A DNA stretch of 64,000 bases, from positions 1 to 64,000 of the forward strand of contig JAHQWG010000039.1 in assembly GCA_029856045.1 (NCBI GenBank). The letters are read 5' to 3'. Below, in pieces: positions 51,383 to 61,262 of the stretch. The notes beneath the pieces are model-generated. The model made no database searches. It saw nothing but the letters and a program-made list of their open reading frames with translations, and was not told the origin of the DNA. Origin of the DNA: Promethearchaeia archaeon (lineage in GTDB: Archaea; Asgardarchaeota; Lokiarchaeia; Sigyniarchaeales; SOKP01). How positions within the stretch are numbered: position 1 is the first letter of the stretch; the number at the start of each line of letters is the position of its first letter. Made by a program: the position numbers and the translations under genes.

Positions 51383-51769
51383 TCATTTTGTAGATAATTC
51401 GATTTCAATTCTAGATATAATATCTTTATTGTTTTTGTTGTTTTTGTTGTTTTTATTGTTTTTGTTGTAATTTTCGCCTCTCATTCGAGAATCCCGGTTT
51501 TTCCCATAATTCCCATAATTCCCATAATTCCCATAATTACCATAATTACCATAATTATTATTACGAGAACTTATAGATATATTGCTAATATCGATTCCTG
51601 GATACATTCTTCTTTTTAGATCAACAGCGGTTTCGACAGCAGTTGCAATCTCGTCTCCTTCTCCTTTAATTAAAATAGTTCTTGTCCCGGAAGTGAATGC
51701 AAATATACCATCTGTCGTGTATTTGCCTTTGTCCCGTCGATTTCTTACGGTGATAACCTTGGGATTCAT
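51383..51769 (-). CDS. divergent Alba-family nucleic-acid-binding protein with low-complexity insertion
   Basis: ILIKGEG..IATAVETAV.L..R..P.I.I.NI.I and C-terminal ISRIEIEL match the Alba topology. Confidence 0.7.
   Translation of the reverse strand: MNPKVITVRNRRDKGKYTTDGIFAFTSGTRTILIKGEGDEIATAVETAVDLKRRMYPGIDISNISISSRNNNYGNYGNYGNYGNYGNYGKNRDSRMRGENYNKNNKNNKNNKNNKDIISRIEIELSTK
51425..51466. repeat. 9-bp coding repeat, (NNK)4+
   Basis: ttt[a/g]ttgtt units. Confidence 0.85.
51503..51556. repeat. 9-bp coding repeat, (NYG)6
   Basis: [c/a]ccataatt x6. Confidence 0.9.
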
Positions 51770-51906
51770 ATTTTAAAAAAAGATATTTAGAACTTAATAA
51801 TTAAAATTTGACTATACTAAATAAAAACCTTGTTATATTTAAATTATTTTTAGATTGTCAAAGCACAAGTAATTTGAAAATGAAGTATGATTTTTTTAAA
51901 GATGAG

Positions 51907-53058
51907 TTATCTTATTTTGAATTTTAATTTTTCTTCGATAATTGCAATCTCTTTTGAATAAGAACTTAGTCTTTCGTCCAAATATTCGATGATCTTTCTT
52001 TCGGCGGTATCTAAATAATCATAATAAGGGCGAATGACTTCCAATTTTTCATTGAATCTATCTTTAATCTTTCCTAACCATTCTTTTGGTTTCAGTAATT
52101 TCTTCTCGAATTCGCCTTGAATTTTTTTCTTTGCTTCCTCAAATTTCTTTTTAGCTTCAGATTTAGTAGATGTTTTATCTTTTAGGATTTTTTTCAATTT
52201 TCGTTTTGATTTTACTACTTCTTTCTCTAATTTTTCTCTATAATGCGGAACACGATATTTTTTTTCTAGGAATTTTGGATTCCATTCATACAGATAACGA
52301 TCTGCCTCCTCTTCAGCTAGTTCTTCTGAGGTTGTAATTTTTTTGTCTCTTTTTGCAACTAGGATTAATCCAAAATTTCTTTGTAATTGAGCCATCAATC
52401 TTTTTCGTAATATATTATGAATATATTGCAATATTTCTTTAATTTCTTTAAATTTTGGAAGTATTTCCTTAGCTTCATTATTAGCGTTATTTATTGCTTG
52501 ATCAACAGGAACATCAAATTTTAATTCTGCAAATGCATATTTTGAATAAATACCACGAGATGTATCAACAAGTCGTAAACCTTTAATTCCAGAAACATTA
52601 ATAGTGTGCTCTGTATGGTCATAAATAAGTCCTATGGCATATGGATTTGGACCTTGATATCCTAGTTGCGTTGAAGTATCAACTCTGGAGAAAAACCAGC
52701 CAAAGCCTGGATGCGTATGCCACCACCCTATAATAAAATCATCACTTTGTTCATTTAGGAATCTTTCATAAAGAGTTTCATCGATCTGAGCCATATCTGC
52801 ATATTGTTTTGTTTCAAATTTAACACCTGCACGACCACCAATGACCATCGGAATTGCATCCGAAATATAACAGATATTATCATTCTTAATATGTCCAATT
52901 AGAATTCCATATGCCTCTCTCCAATTTTTTGGCCTTATATCATTATTTGCATATCTCAAGGCGTATACTACAATTCTCCTATATGCTTTCATTGAGATAA
53001 TGCAAGGAGATTCTGGATCAACTTTTTTTGATGAAAAATTAATATATTTTCTTACCAT
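51907..53058 (-). CDS. JAB/MPN+ (JAMM) metalloprotease, Rpn11/CSN5-like, with long coiled-coil C-terminus
   Basis: EAYGILIG...GWWHTHPGFGWFFSRVDTSTQ..YQ...P.AIGLIYD. Confidence 0.85.
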   Translation of the reverse strand: MVRKYINFSSKKVDPESPCIISMKAYRRIVVYALRYANNDIRPKNWREAYGILIGHIKNDNICYISDAIPMVIGGRAGVKFETKQYADMAQIDETLYERFLNEQSDDFIIGWWHTHPGFGWFFSRVDTSTQLGYQGPNPYAIGLIYDHTEHTINVSGIKGLRLVDTSRGIYSKYAFAELKFDVPVDQAINNANNEAKEILPKFKEIKEILQYIHNILRKRLMAQLQRNFGLILVAKRDKKITTSEELAEEEADRYLYEWNPKFLEKKYRVPHYREKLEKEVVKSKRKLKKILKDKTSTKSEAKKKFEEAKKKIQGEFEKKLLKPKEWLGKIKDRFNEKLEVIRPYYDYLDTAERKIIEYLDERLSSYSKEIAIIEEKLKFKIR

Positions 53059-53196
53059 AATTTAGAATATCAAATTTTATAAGAGCAGACAATTCATGAA
53101 TTTTTTATATAGTATAATAAATCAAAAAAAATTATTAAAAACCTTCTTTATTAAATAACTTATTATTAATAAAAACGATAATTTCTCTCTTCAATC

Positions 53197-53775
53197 ATGA
53201 CGCAACCAATTATGAAGAATAAAATTGTTATTGGTTTTGTTGGATTAGCCGGAGCCGGTAAATCATCAGCTCTTGAAGGGATAAAATCCATAGGAACAAT
53301 AATTACAATGGGAGATGTAATAAGAAAAGAGGCAGAACTGAGAGATATACCTCGTACTTCTGAAAATCTTGGAATGATTGCAAAAGAATTGAGAAAAAAA
53401 TATGGGAATAATATTATCGCAAAAAAAAGTGTTGAGCTCATAAAAGAAAACCCATCTAATATAATTGTGGTAGATGGATTACGCTCAATGAACGAAGTGA
53501 ATATTTTTCGCGAGTTTTGGAAATTCCCAATAATATCTATTATTATCGATGAAGAGATTAGGATTAAACGCCTATTAGAAAGGAGAAGAGAAGATGATTC
53601 AATAAAAATAGAGGATATTAAAGAACGAGATGAGAGAGAAATTGAATTTGGCTTGAAAGAAGTTATAGAGAATTCAGATTATAAAATTAATAACAATTCA
53701 ACAATTACAGATTTACAAGAAAAAACACGAAAAATTATTTTTTCAATAATTAAGAAATCATCTAATTTATTCTAA
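53197..53775 (+). CDS. P-loop kinase, archaeal UPF0200 / dephospho-CoA kinase-like
   Basis: GLAGAGKS, MGDVIR, VDGLRS..E, RDEREIEFGL. Confidence 0.8.
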   Translation: MTQPIMKNKIVIGFVGLAGAGKSSALEGIKSIGTIITMGDVIRKEAELRDIPRTSENLGMIAKELRKKYGNNIIAKKSVELIKENPSNIIVVDGLRSMNEVNIFREFWKFPIISIIIDEEIRIKRLLERRREDDSIKIEDIKERDEREIEFGLKEVIENSDYKINNNSTITDLQEKTRKIIFSIIKKSSNLF

Positions 53776-54678
53776 TTGTTTTGCAATAAGTTTAGCAATA
53801 CTTACTTTACTCACAGGAGTATCAATAGAATCTGTTCCAATGATCTCATCGGCTCCTGCATTCAATATACGGTAGGCTGCATTTTCTAATAATAAAGCAT
53901 GGGTTCCCACTGCTAATATTTTATTTGCACCACATTTTTTAGAAATTTTAATTGCATTAGCCATAGTGCCTCCTGTCGCTATTATGTCATCTGAAATAAT
54001 TACATCATGTCCTGATAAATCTATATCAGCATACATTTCTATTTCTCCAGTTCTCACATCTCGTTCTTTTGAGAATAACTTTACAGGAATATTTTCTCCT
54101 AAATGTGCTGCAAATTGTTCTGAGCGGGCTACAGCACCCTTATCTGGTGCAATAACAATTGCATTTTTCAGATTCAATGTTTTCACGTAATTGGCAATTT
54201 CGGTCATTGGATCAAGATTTTTTGCGGGAATCGAGAAATCATTTAATATATCAGGTGCATGAACATCTACAGTATAAAATTTATCAATACCTAACGAGTC
54301 AATCATTTTCACGATTACACTAGCAAATCTAGTTTCTCCCGGTCTAAAGATTTTATCTTGGCGTCCGTAAGCTAGGTACGGAACTACTACTGTTAAATTC
54401 TGAGGATTCATTCTCTTCGCTGCAGAAATCATCATGAATAATTCTATAATCCTTGCATTTTGATTCTCCTTAATGCTCGCTCCTGTAGTTTGGATAATAA
54501 TAATATCATTTCCTTCGATTAGGGACTCATCATCAATATTTAGTCTAAGGTAATTTTCTCCGTCTGGGAATTTCTTCGTTTCTGTTGTTATAGTTTCAAT
54601 ATTGAGCAGCTTTGCAATTCTCATTCCTAACAACTGAGATGAAGGACCTATAATCAGATATTTACCCATTTTTTTCAC
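53767..54678 (-). CDS. prs: ribose-phosphate pyrophosphokinase
   Basis: FPDGE, PYLAYGRQDK, APDKGA, DDIIATGGTM. Confidence 0.95.
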   Translation of the reverse strand: MKKMGKYLIIGPSSQLLGMRIAKLLNIETITTETKKFPDGENYLRLNIDDESLIEGNDIIIIQTTGASIKENQNARIIELFMMISAAKRMNPQNLTVVVPYLAYGRQDKIFRPGETRFASVIVKMIDSLGIDKFYTVDVHAPDILNDFSIPAKNLDPMTEIANYVKTLNLKNAIVIAPDKGAVARSEQFAAHLGENIPVKLFSKERDVRTGEIEMYADIDLSGHDVIISDDIIATGGTMANAIKISKKCGANKILAVGTHALLLENAAYRILNAGADEIIGTDSIDTPVSKVSIAKLIAKQLE

Positions 54679-54719
54679 CTATATTATATTTTGCAGATGT
54701 TCATATTAAAATTATTTTT

Positions 54720-55436
54720 TTATAACTTTTTTAGAAATTTTAGTATCTCTTGAAATAGATTTTCTCTATTTCCTTTAAATGAATGCCCACCTGTCTCATA
54801 AATAAATACATTTTCATCATTTAATCCTAATTGCTCCTTAATCTTAGAAAGATTTTCAAAGGGAATTCTATCATCATCTTTGCATTGGGCGATTAGAATT
54901 CTATTATTATTTGAAGGATCCTTATTAAGATAGAATTTTGGACTTACATTTTTAATTACTTCTTCACCAAAATTTATTTTACTCTGACCAACTGTAGCAT
55001 AATCGTATCTTGTACATAAAGCAATAAGAATTTTTGCCCGAACATCTTTAAAACCTTGAGTTAGTATAATAGCTCCTCCATAACTTCTCCCAAAAAGTGC
55101 AATTTTTTTATCCAAAATTCGATTTTTCTGATTATCTAAAATCCAACTGATTATCTCTGGAAGAAAAAAAAAGATTTTATCAAAAAACTTAATCCAATTT
55201 CTCCCAGTTTGTTTTCCCGGTAATAAATCATAAGCTAATACATAATATCCAACCTTAGCAAATTTTTCGGTAAATGTTTTTACAAATTTACCATTTCGAT
55301 CTTCCATAAACGCAGGAATATTAATTATCCATGGAGCCTTTTCGGGAGTATCATTTGTATAATAAATAGATCCATTCAAAAAGATTTTTCCATCATCTAC
55401 TGGAATTGAAATATTTTCTGTTAAAATGTCTTCCAT
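54720..55436 (-). CDS. alpha/beta hydrolase
   Basis: GRSYGG nucleophile elbow, DDDRIP, GGH triad. Confidence 0.85.
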   Translation of the reverse strand: MEDILTENISIPVDDGKIFLNGSIYYTNDTPEKAPWIINIPAFMEDRNGKFVKTFTEKFAKVGYYVLAYDLLPGKQTGRNWIKFFDKIFFFLPEIISWILDNQKNRILDKKIALFGRSYGGAIILTQGFKDVRAKILIALCTRYDYATVGQSKINFGEEVIKNVSPKFYLNKDPSNNNRILIAQCKDDDRIPFENLSKIKEQLGLNDENVFIYETGGHSFKGNRENLFQEILKFLKKL

Positions 55437-55447
55437 ATTTTCTACCT

Positions 55448-55720
55448 CTATTGTAAATGCTTCAATACATGTTTCTCTAACGCACCAAAAGATTCCTTAT
55501 CAATTTGATATTTTTTGATAATATGGATAATTTTTTCATTAAGTAGATTATGTTCCGATTTACACGAACTTGATTCTAAAAATTCACTTCCATGAAGTAT
55601 ACCTACGGTATTTTCAGTAATTCGGATAAGCTCCGTTGCGATTATGCTATTAATAAAGATTAAATCTTCCAATCTATTTAGAATCTCTTTATTTTCATTC
55701 ATACCTTTAGTAATATGCAT
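55448..55720 (-). CDS. hypothetical helical protein
   Basis: 90-aa ORF co-oriented with the hydrolase. Confidence 0.55.
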   Translation of the reverse strand: MHITKGMNENKEILNRLEDLIFINSIIATELIRITENTVGILHGSEFLESSSCKSEHNLLNEKIIHIIKKYQIDKESFGALEKHVLKHLQ

Positions 55721-55797
55721 TTTTTTTTAAATCAATCCATTTTTTAAAGCATATTATCATATTTGAACAAATTAATTCAATTTAGAAATGTAAATAC

Positions 55798-55817
55798 AAA
55801 CCTTTAAATATCTAATT
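55798..55817 (+). promoter_or_regulatory. BRE/TATA-like element aaacctttaaatatctaatt (second acctttaaata at 55830-55840)
   Basis: Matches 56245-56264 at 19/20 positions. Confidence 0.5.
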
Positions 55818-55918
55818 TACCAGTTGCTGACCTTTAAATACTTTCTATTAACATTGTATAATAAAAATTTTAATAATACAAAAATAAAAAAAAACAAGGA
55901 GGTAAAAGAAAAAAAACT

Positions 55919-56131
55919 ATGTCTGCAGTTCCTGCTTTAACTGCCGCTGCTAGAAGGCGAAAGGCTAGAAGACGATGTCCCTATTGTGGCAATCATTTAG
56001 AAATATTTACCAGATATTGCAATGAATGTGGTCATGAAGTGCCAAGACCTTCAAAACGTGCAATTTATTTATTAGCTACGCTTGTTGCTATAACAGCTTT
56101 CTCAGTATTCATTATCATACAATTTATTTAG
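55919..56131 (+). CDS. small zinc-ribbon protein with C-terminal TM anchor
   Basis: GGAGG RBS; CPYCG...CNECG; hydrophobic C-terminus. Confidence 0.75.
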   Translation: MSAVPALTAAARRRKARRRCPYCGNHLEIFTRYCNECGHEVPRPSKRAIYLLATLVAITAFSVFIIIQFI

Positions 56132-56244
56132 TAATATAATGGGATATATCGAACCTTGAAAAATAATATAATTATTTAATTAATCAAATTAAAAATAGAT
56201 AAAATCTTAGAAAATTAACATAAATAAAAAATTTATAATATTCG

Positions 56245-56264
56245 AAACCTTTAAATATGTAATT
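56245..56264 (+). promoter_or_regulatory. BRE/TATA-like promoter of the ABC transporter operon
   Basis: gaaacctttaaatatgtaatt, followed by the inverted repeat TAAATGT-N12-ACATTTA (56284-56309). Confidence 0.5.
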
Positions 56265-56350
56265 ATATTTTAATTAAATTAAGTAAATGTAAAGTAAATT
56301 TAACATTTAAAAACTTTTTTACATAAAAAGAATAAAAAAGGAAAAAAAAA

Positions 56351-57166
56351 TTGCCGGATAAAAATATAATTGTAGTTCAAAATTTAAAAAAGTTTTTTGG
56401 AGATGTAAAAGCAGTAAATGGGATCTCCTTTGAAGTTCGTGCAGGGGAAGTCTTTGGTCTTTTAGGACCAAATGGTGCAGGAAAAACTACTACTATTAAA
56501 CTTCTCATGGGATTGCTCGAGCCCGAGCCTAATGGGGAGGAGATGTCTGTTTTTGGTTTAAATCCAGAACAAAATGAGGTGGAAATTAAACGTCGTATTG
56601 GATATGTGTCGGAAGAGCCTCTTATATTTAAATCTTTAACACCACGAAATTTATTTAATTTTATTGCTTCAATTAGGGGTTTAGATGAGGGAGAAACTAC
56701 AGAACGTGCAAGAGAATATTTGGAAAGTTTGGAAGCACTCGAATATTATGAACATCTTATTGCCACTTTATCACATGGAAATAAACAAAAAATGCAAATT
56801 ATTGCTGCGATTCTACATGACCCAGATTTACTTATTATGGATGAACCTCTTGCAGGTCTCGACGCAAAATCTGTTAGAGTAGTCAAGGAAATATTGGAAT
56901 TACATACTCAACAAGGTGGTTCAGTTCTTTTTTCTACCCACATTATGGAAGTTGCACAAGAATTATGTGATAGGATTGGAATATTAAATAAAGGTAAATT
57001 GGTAGGAATCGGTACAATTGAGGAGTTAAGACATCAAGCTAATAAATTAGGTGAAAATTTAGAAGATGTGTTTTTACGCCTTACTGAACAAGATACATCA
57101 GTTGAGGAGATTGTAAAAAAATTACATAAATCATATAAAAAGAGAATAAAGGAAGAAATGATTTAA
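56351..57166 (+). CDS. ABC-2 type exporter ATP-binding protein
   Basis: GPNGAGKTT, LSHGNKQK, MDEPLAGLD, FSTH. Confidence 0.95.
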   Translation: MPDKNIIVVQNLKKFFGDVKAVNGISFEVRAGEVFGLLGPNGAGKTTTIKLLMGLLEPEPNGEEMSVFGLNPEQNEVEIKRRIGYVSEEPLIFKSLTPRNLFNFIASIRGLDEGETTERAREYLESLEALEYYEHLIATLSHGNKQKMQIIAAILHDPDLLIMDEPLAGLDAKSVRVVKEILELHTQQGGSVLFSTHIMEVAQELCDRIGILNKGKLVGIGTIEELRHQANKLGENLEDVFLRLTEQDTSVEEIVKKLHKSYKKRIKEEMI

Positions 57167-57167
57167 T

Positions 57168-58919
57168 ATGGAAGAGCAAAAATTCAAATCTTACTCACTT
57201 TCAAAATACACTAACTACGAGATATTTCTTGAATCTCAGATTCAATCTGCCGGAGCTCATCAAGCTCGATTTTTAGAAAAACTCGAAAAAAATGCAAATT
57301 ACATTAGAAATGTATCAATGATGATGAAAGTTATTTACTCATTCCTCTTTGTTTTTTTACCCGTCTTACCATTAGTTACTTATTTGCAACTTGTGGATTA
57401 CCTTTATAGCAGAACATACACGATAGGAACCATATTATTTGTTGCTAGTTTTCTTTTTGGGATCTTTTTTGCGATGGTAATCATGTATCTTATTGTCTTA
57501 GGTATGTTGCCAATCAGCTCTTTAATGACAGGTAATGCTTTCAAATGGTTGCAAACTTTACCTATCCCAAAAAAAAATTTAAAAAAGTTAGGTTTTATGA
57601 CCATTTTTCGTTCTTTGAACATCCCACTTATTGTTTTGGGTGCTGCTTTTCCTATTATTATGCTTATTGGAACACAGAATATTTTGCTCTTCTTTATCTG
57701 CATTGCCACATCGATTCTCAATTTGATTTTTAGCTTTAGCGTGCTTGTTATTATTTCGGAACGCTTAAGTCGTATTTTGAATAATCCTAACCGCCAATCT
57801 AAAAAAGCAAGTTTAGCCAGAATTTTAAGTATGACTGGTTATATGATTATCGCTATGGGATCTGGATTCATTCTGTCATGGGGTATCAGCGCTATTGATG
57901 ACCTTCTTATCATTTTTGCCACATTTGAGCATTCTAATATATTAAATTTTATTTTAAGCTTAATCCCTTATCCATTTGCCCCAGGTTACTTAATATCATT
58001 GATTACCGCTCCAGATCAAATACCTATAGGACTATTATTTACTACTATTATTGGTGTCGTGATATTTATCTTTATAACATGGGGAGCTTATAAGGTTGCC
58101 ATTCGAAATCTAATAAGCGCAACATCTGCAGAACCTGAAGGAATTAAAGCTGGAGAACTTTTTATTCTCCCTGAAGAAGAAATCCAAGTTGAGATTAAAA
58201 CAAAATCTCCTCTTAAGTCATATATCCAAAAAGATCTGATTTCAGCATCTCGTGATTTTCAGACATTAATTTTTTTAATTATGCCAATTATAATTCCACT
58301 TATAATGATTTTTTCGATTGTTGGCCCATTTGGGAGTGATTTATCATCACCAACGGGTATAATGATAACTTGGTCGATAGTATTGATTTTCTCTATAATT
58401 GTACCTGCGATGTTAATATCGGGTCTTCTCAATATGGAAGAGTCTGGTGCAACCACACTAGCATCATTACCAGTTATTCCTCGAGATCAAGCGAAAGCTA
58501 AATTGATATTAATGTCAGTAATTCAATTAATATCATTTACTATACTTACAGTAGTGCTTACAATAATTACAAATTCGATATTATTATTGGTATTGTTTTT
58601 AGCTACAATTCCGATTGTTTGGGTTTTCTTATTTTTGATGTTCGAGATGAAGATACGATTATTTGGTAAAATGAAATACAAATATGTCATTGAAGAATTA
58701 AACAAAGAACATAAAGTAGGAAAGTGGTTTTTAATGCTTCTCATCCAAATCGTTCTGTATTTTGTGTTTTCAATTTTGAGTTTTACTTTATTTAATATAT
58801 TTGGAATAGAAGGTACGACACTTGGATTATTTATTATTGGAATCATGGGATTTATGAGTTTGGTTTTTTTGTTCACCAAAATGTTTCCAAAAATCGGGAA
58901 AATAGATTTAAAAAAATAA
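57168..58919 (+). CDS. ABC-2 type permease (multi-TM)
   Basis: About 14 hydrophobic segments in two halves (LQTLPI / LASLPV); directly follows the ATPase gene. Confidence 0.8.
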   Translation: MEEQKFKSYSLSKYTNYEIFLESQIQSAGAHQARFLEKLEKNANYIRNVSMMMKVIYSFLFVFLPVLPLVTYLQLVDYLYSRTYTIGTILFVASFLFGIFFAMVIMYLIVLGMLPISSLMTGNAFKWLQTLPIPKKNLKKLGFMTIFRSLNIPLIVLGAAFPIIMLIGTQNILLFFICIATSILNLIFSFSVLVIISERLSRILNNPNRQSKKASLARILSMTGYMIIAMGSGFILSWGISAIDDLLIIFATFEHSNILNFILSLIPYPFAPGYLISLITAPDQIPIGLLFTTIIGVVIFIFITWGAYKVAIRNLISATSAEPEGIKAGELFILPEEEIQVEIKTKSPLKSYIQKDLISASRDFQTLIFLIMPIIIPLIMIFSIVGPFGSDLSSPTGIMITWSIVLIFSIIVPAMLISGLLNMEESGATTLASLPVIPRDQAKAKLILMSVIQLISFTILTVVLTIITNSILLLVLFLATIPIVWVFLFLMFEMKIRLFGKMKYKYVIEELNKEHKVGKWFLMLLIQIVLYFVFSILSFTLFNIFGIEGTTLGLFIIGIMGFMSLVFLFTKMFPKIGKIDLKK

Positions 58920-59039
58920 TAATATAATTAATTCTTGTATTTCTTTTTTTATATATTTAATCTGCTAGATTCTTTTAATAGTGATGGAAACATCCACTAT
59001 TATTGCAAATTGAATTGGTTTTAAGTATATTTTATAAAA

Positions 59040-59213
59040 TTAAGCTTTTAATTGAATAATCTTTTCAATTTTCGAAATTATTCCATTAATTCCAATATCT
59101 TTACTAAATACATCCATTAAATCTAAATCAATATCATAATTAGAAAGATAGTCAATTTCTAAGCCGGTTATTAATATATCTTGAATTTTTACACTTTTTT
59201 TATATAAATATTG
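59040..59213 (-). pseudogene. start-less ORF remnant, possibly a PHP-domain fragment
   Basis: QYLYKKSVKIQDILITGLEIDYLSNYDIDLDLMDVFSKDIGINGIISKIEKIIQLKA*; GLEIDY resembles a PHP motif. Confidence 0.3.
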
Positions 59214-59215
59214 CC

Positions 59216-60439
59216 TTAAATCCTTTCAATGATTGTAGCAACCCCTTGTCCTCCACCCACACATGCCGTAGCGAGACCAAGGTTCCCTTCTTCAAATTGT
59301 AGAATCCTTGCAAGAGTTCCGATTAATCGCACACCCGTCATTCCCAATGGGTGTCCAAGAGCAATAGCTCCACCTTTCACGTTTATTTTTTCATGTGGAA
59401 TACCCAGCATTTTCTTTGCATATAATGGAACAATTGCAAATGCTTCGTTGATTTCCCAAAAATCGATATCCTCAACCCGTAATCCAGCGCGAGTAAGAGC
59501 TTTTTTACTTGCAGGAACAGGACCTTGTCCCATAACACTGGGATTAACACCTGCCCATGCCATCGCCTTAATTTTTGCTAGGGGTTTGATTTCGAGCTCG
59601 TCAGCACGAGACAATGATATAAGGACACAACATCCTGCCCCTGTATTCAATGGAGATGAATTTCCTGGGGTAATTTGAGCATTCCTTTCAATTCCTTCTG
59701 AAACAAGACGGAGTTTTTTCATAGTTTCCATATTGGATCCTTCTCGCATTGATTGGTCATATTTGATTATTTTTTTAGTACCATCTGGGAGAGTTATTTC
59801 GATAGGAAGGATTTCTCCGTCAAAAAATCCATCTTTTCGCGCCTTGACAGCTCTATTATGGGAAGTAAGACTCCAATAATCCATATCCTCCCGAGTTATA
59901 TCAAGATTCTGTTCCCATAATTTTTGTGCCGTCTGAACCATTGAGTATCCGGTTTTTAAATCGTATTTTGTATGGTTTGGATAGATTTTTTCATCGGTTA
60001 ATTCATAATGCCGGGCAGTTAAATCAGTTCCACGGGGAATTCTTGTCATATGTTCCATGCCACTTGCAATAACTATTTCTGAGTTACCTGTTGCGATCTC
60101 CATTGCCCCGATATGAATACTTGTCATACTTGATGCGCATTGTCTATCAATACCCATAGCAGCGACCGTTTCAGGTAATTCTGCTAAAAAAACAGTATGG
60201 CGTCCTCCATAAAGAAAGTTTTCTTTTACTTGATTAGCACAACCTGTGATAACTTCATCAATTTCGGCTGGATCGAATTTTGCTCTTGCGATTATTTCTT
60301 TAATTACTAAGGATAGTAATTTATCAGCTGGAATTTTATAAAAAACATCTCGCTCTGGTTGGTTGGGACGACTTCTAGACATTGGGGTACGTAAATAATC
60401 CACAATAACAACTTCTCTTAATTCTGGCATTTTTATCAT
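59216..60439 (-). CDS. acetyl-CoA C-acyltransferase (thiolase)
   Basis: DRQCASS, EINEAFA, GGAIALGHPLGMTG, CVGGGQG. Confidence 0.95.
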   Translation of the reverse strand: MIKMPELREVVIVDYLRTPMSRSRPNQPERDVFYKIPADKLLSLVIKEIIARAKFDPAEIDEVITGCANQVKENFLYGGRHTVFLAELPETVAAMGIDRQCASSMTSIHIGAMEIATGNSEIVIASGMEHMTRIPRGTDLTARHYELTDEKIYPNHTKYDLKTGYSMVQTAQKLWEQNLDITREDMDYWSLTSHNRAVKARKDGFFDGEILPIEITLPDGTKKIIKYDQSMREGSNMETMKKLRLVSEGIERNAQITPGNSSPLNTGAGCCVLISLSRADELEIKPLAKIKAMAWAGVNPSVMGQGPVPASKKALTRAGLRVEDIDFWEINEAFAIVPLYAKKMLGIPHEKINVKGGAIALGHPLGMTGVRLIGTLARILQFEEGNLGLATACVGGGQGVATIIERI

Positions 60440-60449
60440 TTAAACGATA

Positions 60450-61247
60450 TTATTTTCCAATAAAAAAGGGTTCCTTTTTTTCGTTTAATGCAAATACACC
60501 AATTTTATAATCTTCTGATTCAGCTGATTTTATTTGCATTTGTCTTTCATTTTCAAGATGTTCTTCAAGTGGTGTGCTAAGTGCTTCAAAAAATAATTTT
60601 TTAGTTCTTGCATAGGTTAAGGTTGGTCCTTTAGCAAATCTTTGAGCCCAATTTAGTGAAGCCTCTTCTAATTTTTCTGCAGGGACAATTTCATTAATAA
60701 ATCCAAGTTTTTTCATTTGTTCTGCAGAATAAGTATCTCCAAAAAAAGACACTTGTACAGCTTGTTGCCAAGGGATTTGGCGACTTAATAAGATTGTTCC
60801 AGCAAATCCAGGAATTAAAGCAAGTTTACAAAAGGATTGTCTAAATTTTGCATATTCTGAAGCAATTATAATATCACATGAAAGCGCAAGGTTCATCCCT
60901 GCTCCAACAGCCCATCCATTTACGGCTGCTATAACTGGTTTTGGATAAAGGCGCAAAATTAATGCAATTTTGTAAAGATCTCTTGTTAAATCATCCATTA
61001 ATTGACCTGGTGTTCCATTTTCAATACTTAACTTAAATTGTTTTATATCTCCGCCTGCTGAAAAAGCCTTTCCTGAGCCAGTAATTATTACACATCTTAT
61101 ATCACTATTGTCTCGAAGAGATTCTAAAACATCTAATAATTTTTTTCCCGTATCTTTATTTAATGGATTGGAATTCTCTGGATCAATGAATTTTATCGTT
61201 GCGATATTATCTTTGATTACTAATTTAATTTTTTCTTTCATCATCAA
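60450..61247 (-). CDS. enoyl-CoA hydratase/isomerase (PaaG-like)
   Basis: AFSAGGDI, PKPVIAAVNGWAVGAG. Confidence 0.9.
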   Translation of the reverse strand: MMMKEKIKLVIKDNIATIKFIDPENSNPLNKDTGKKLLDVLESLRDNSDIRCVIITGSGKAFSAGGDIKQFKLSIENGTPGQLMDDLTRDLYKIALILRLYPKPVIAAVNGWAVGAGMNLALSCDIIIASEYAKFRQSFCKLALIPGFAGTILLSRQIPWQQAVQVSFFGDTYSAEQMKKLGFINEIVPAEKLEEASLNWAQRFAKGPTLTYARTKKLFFEALSTPLEEHLENERQMQIKSAESEDYKIGVFALNEKKEPFFIGK

Positions 61248-61262
61248 TCTCCTTTTTTTTAT

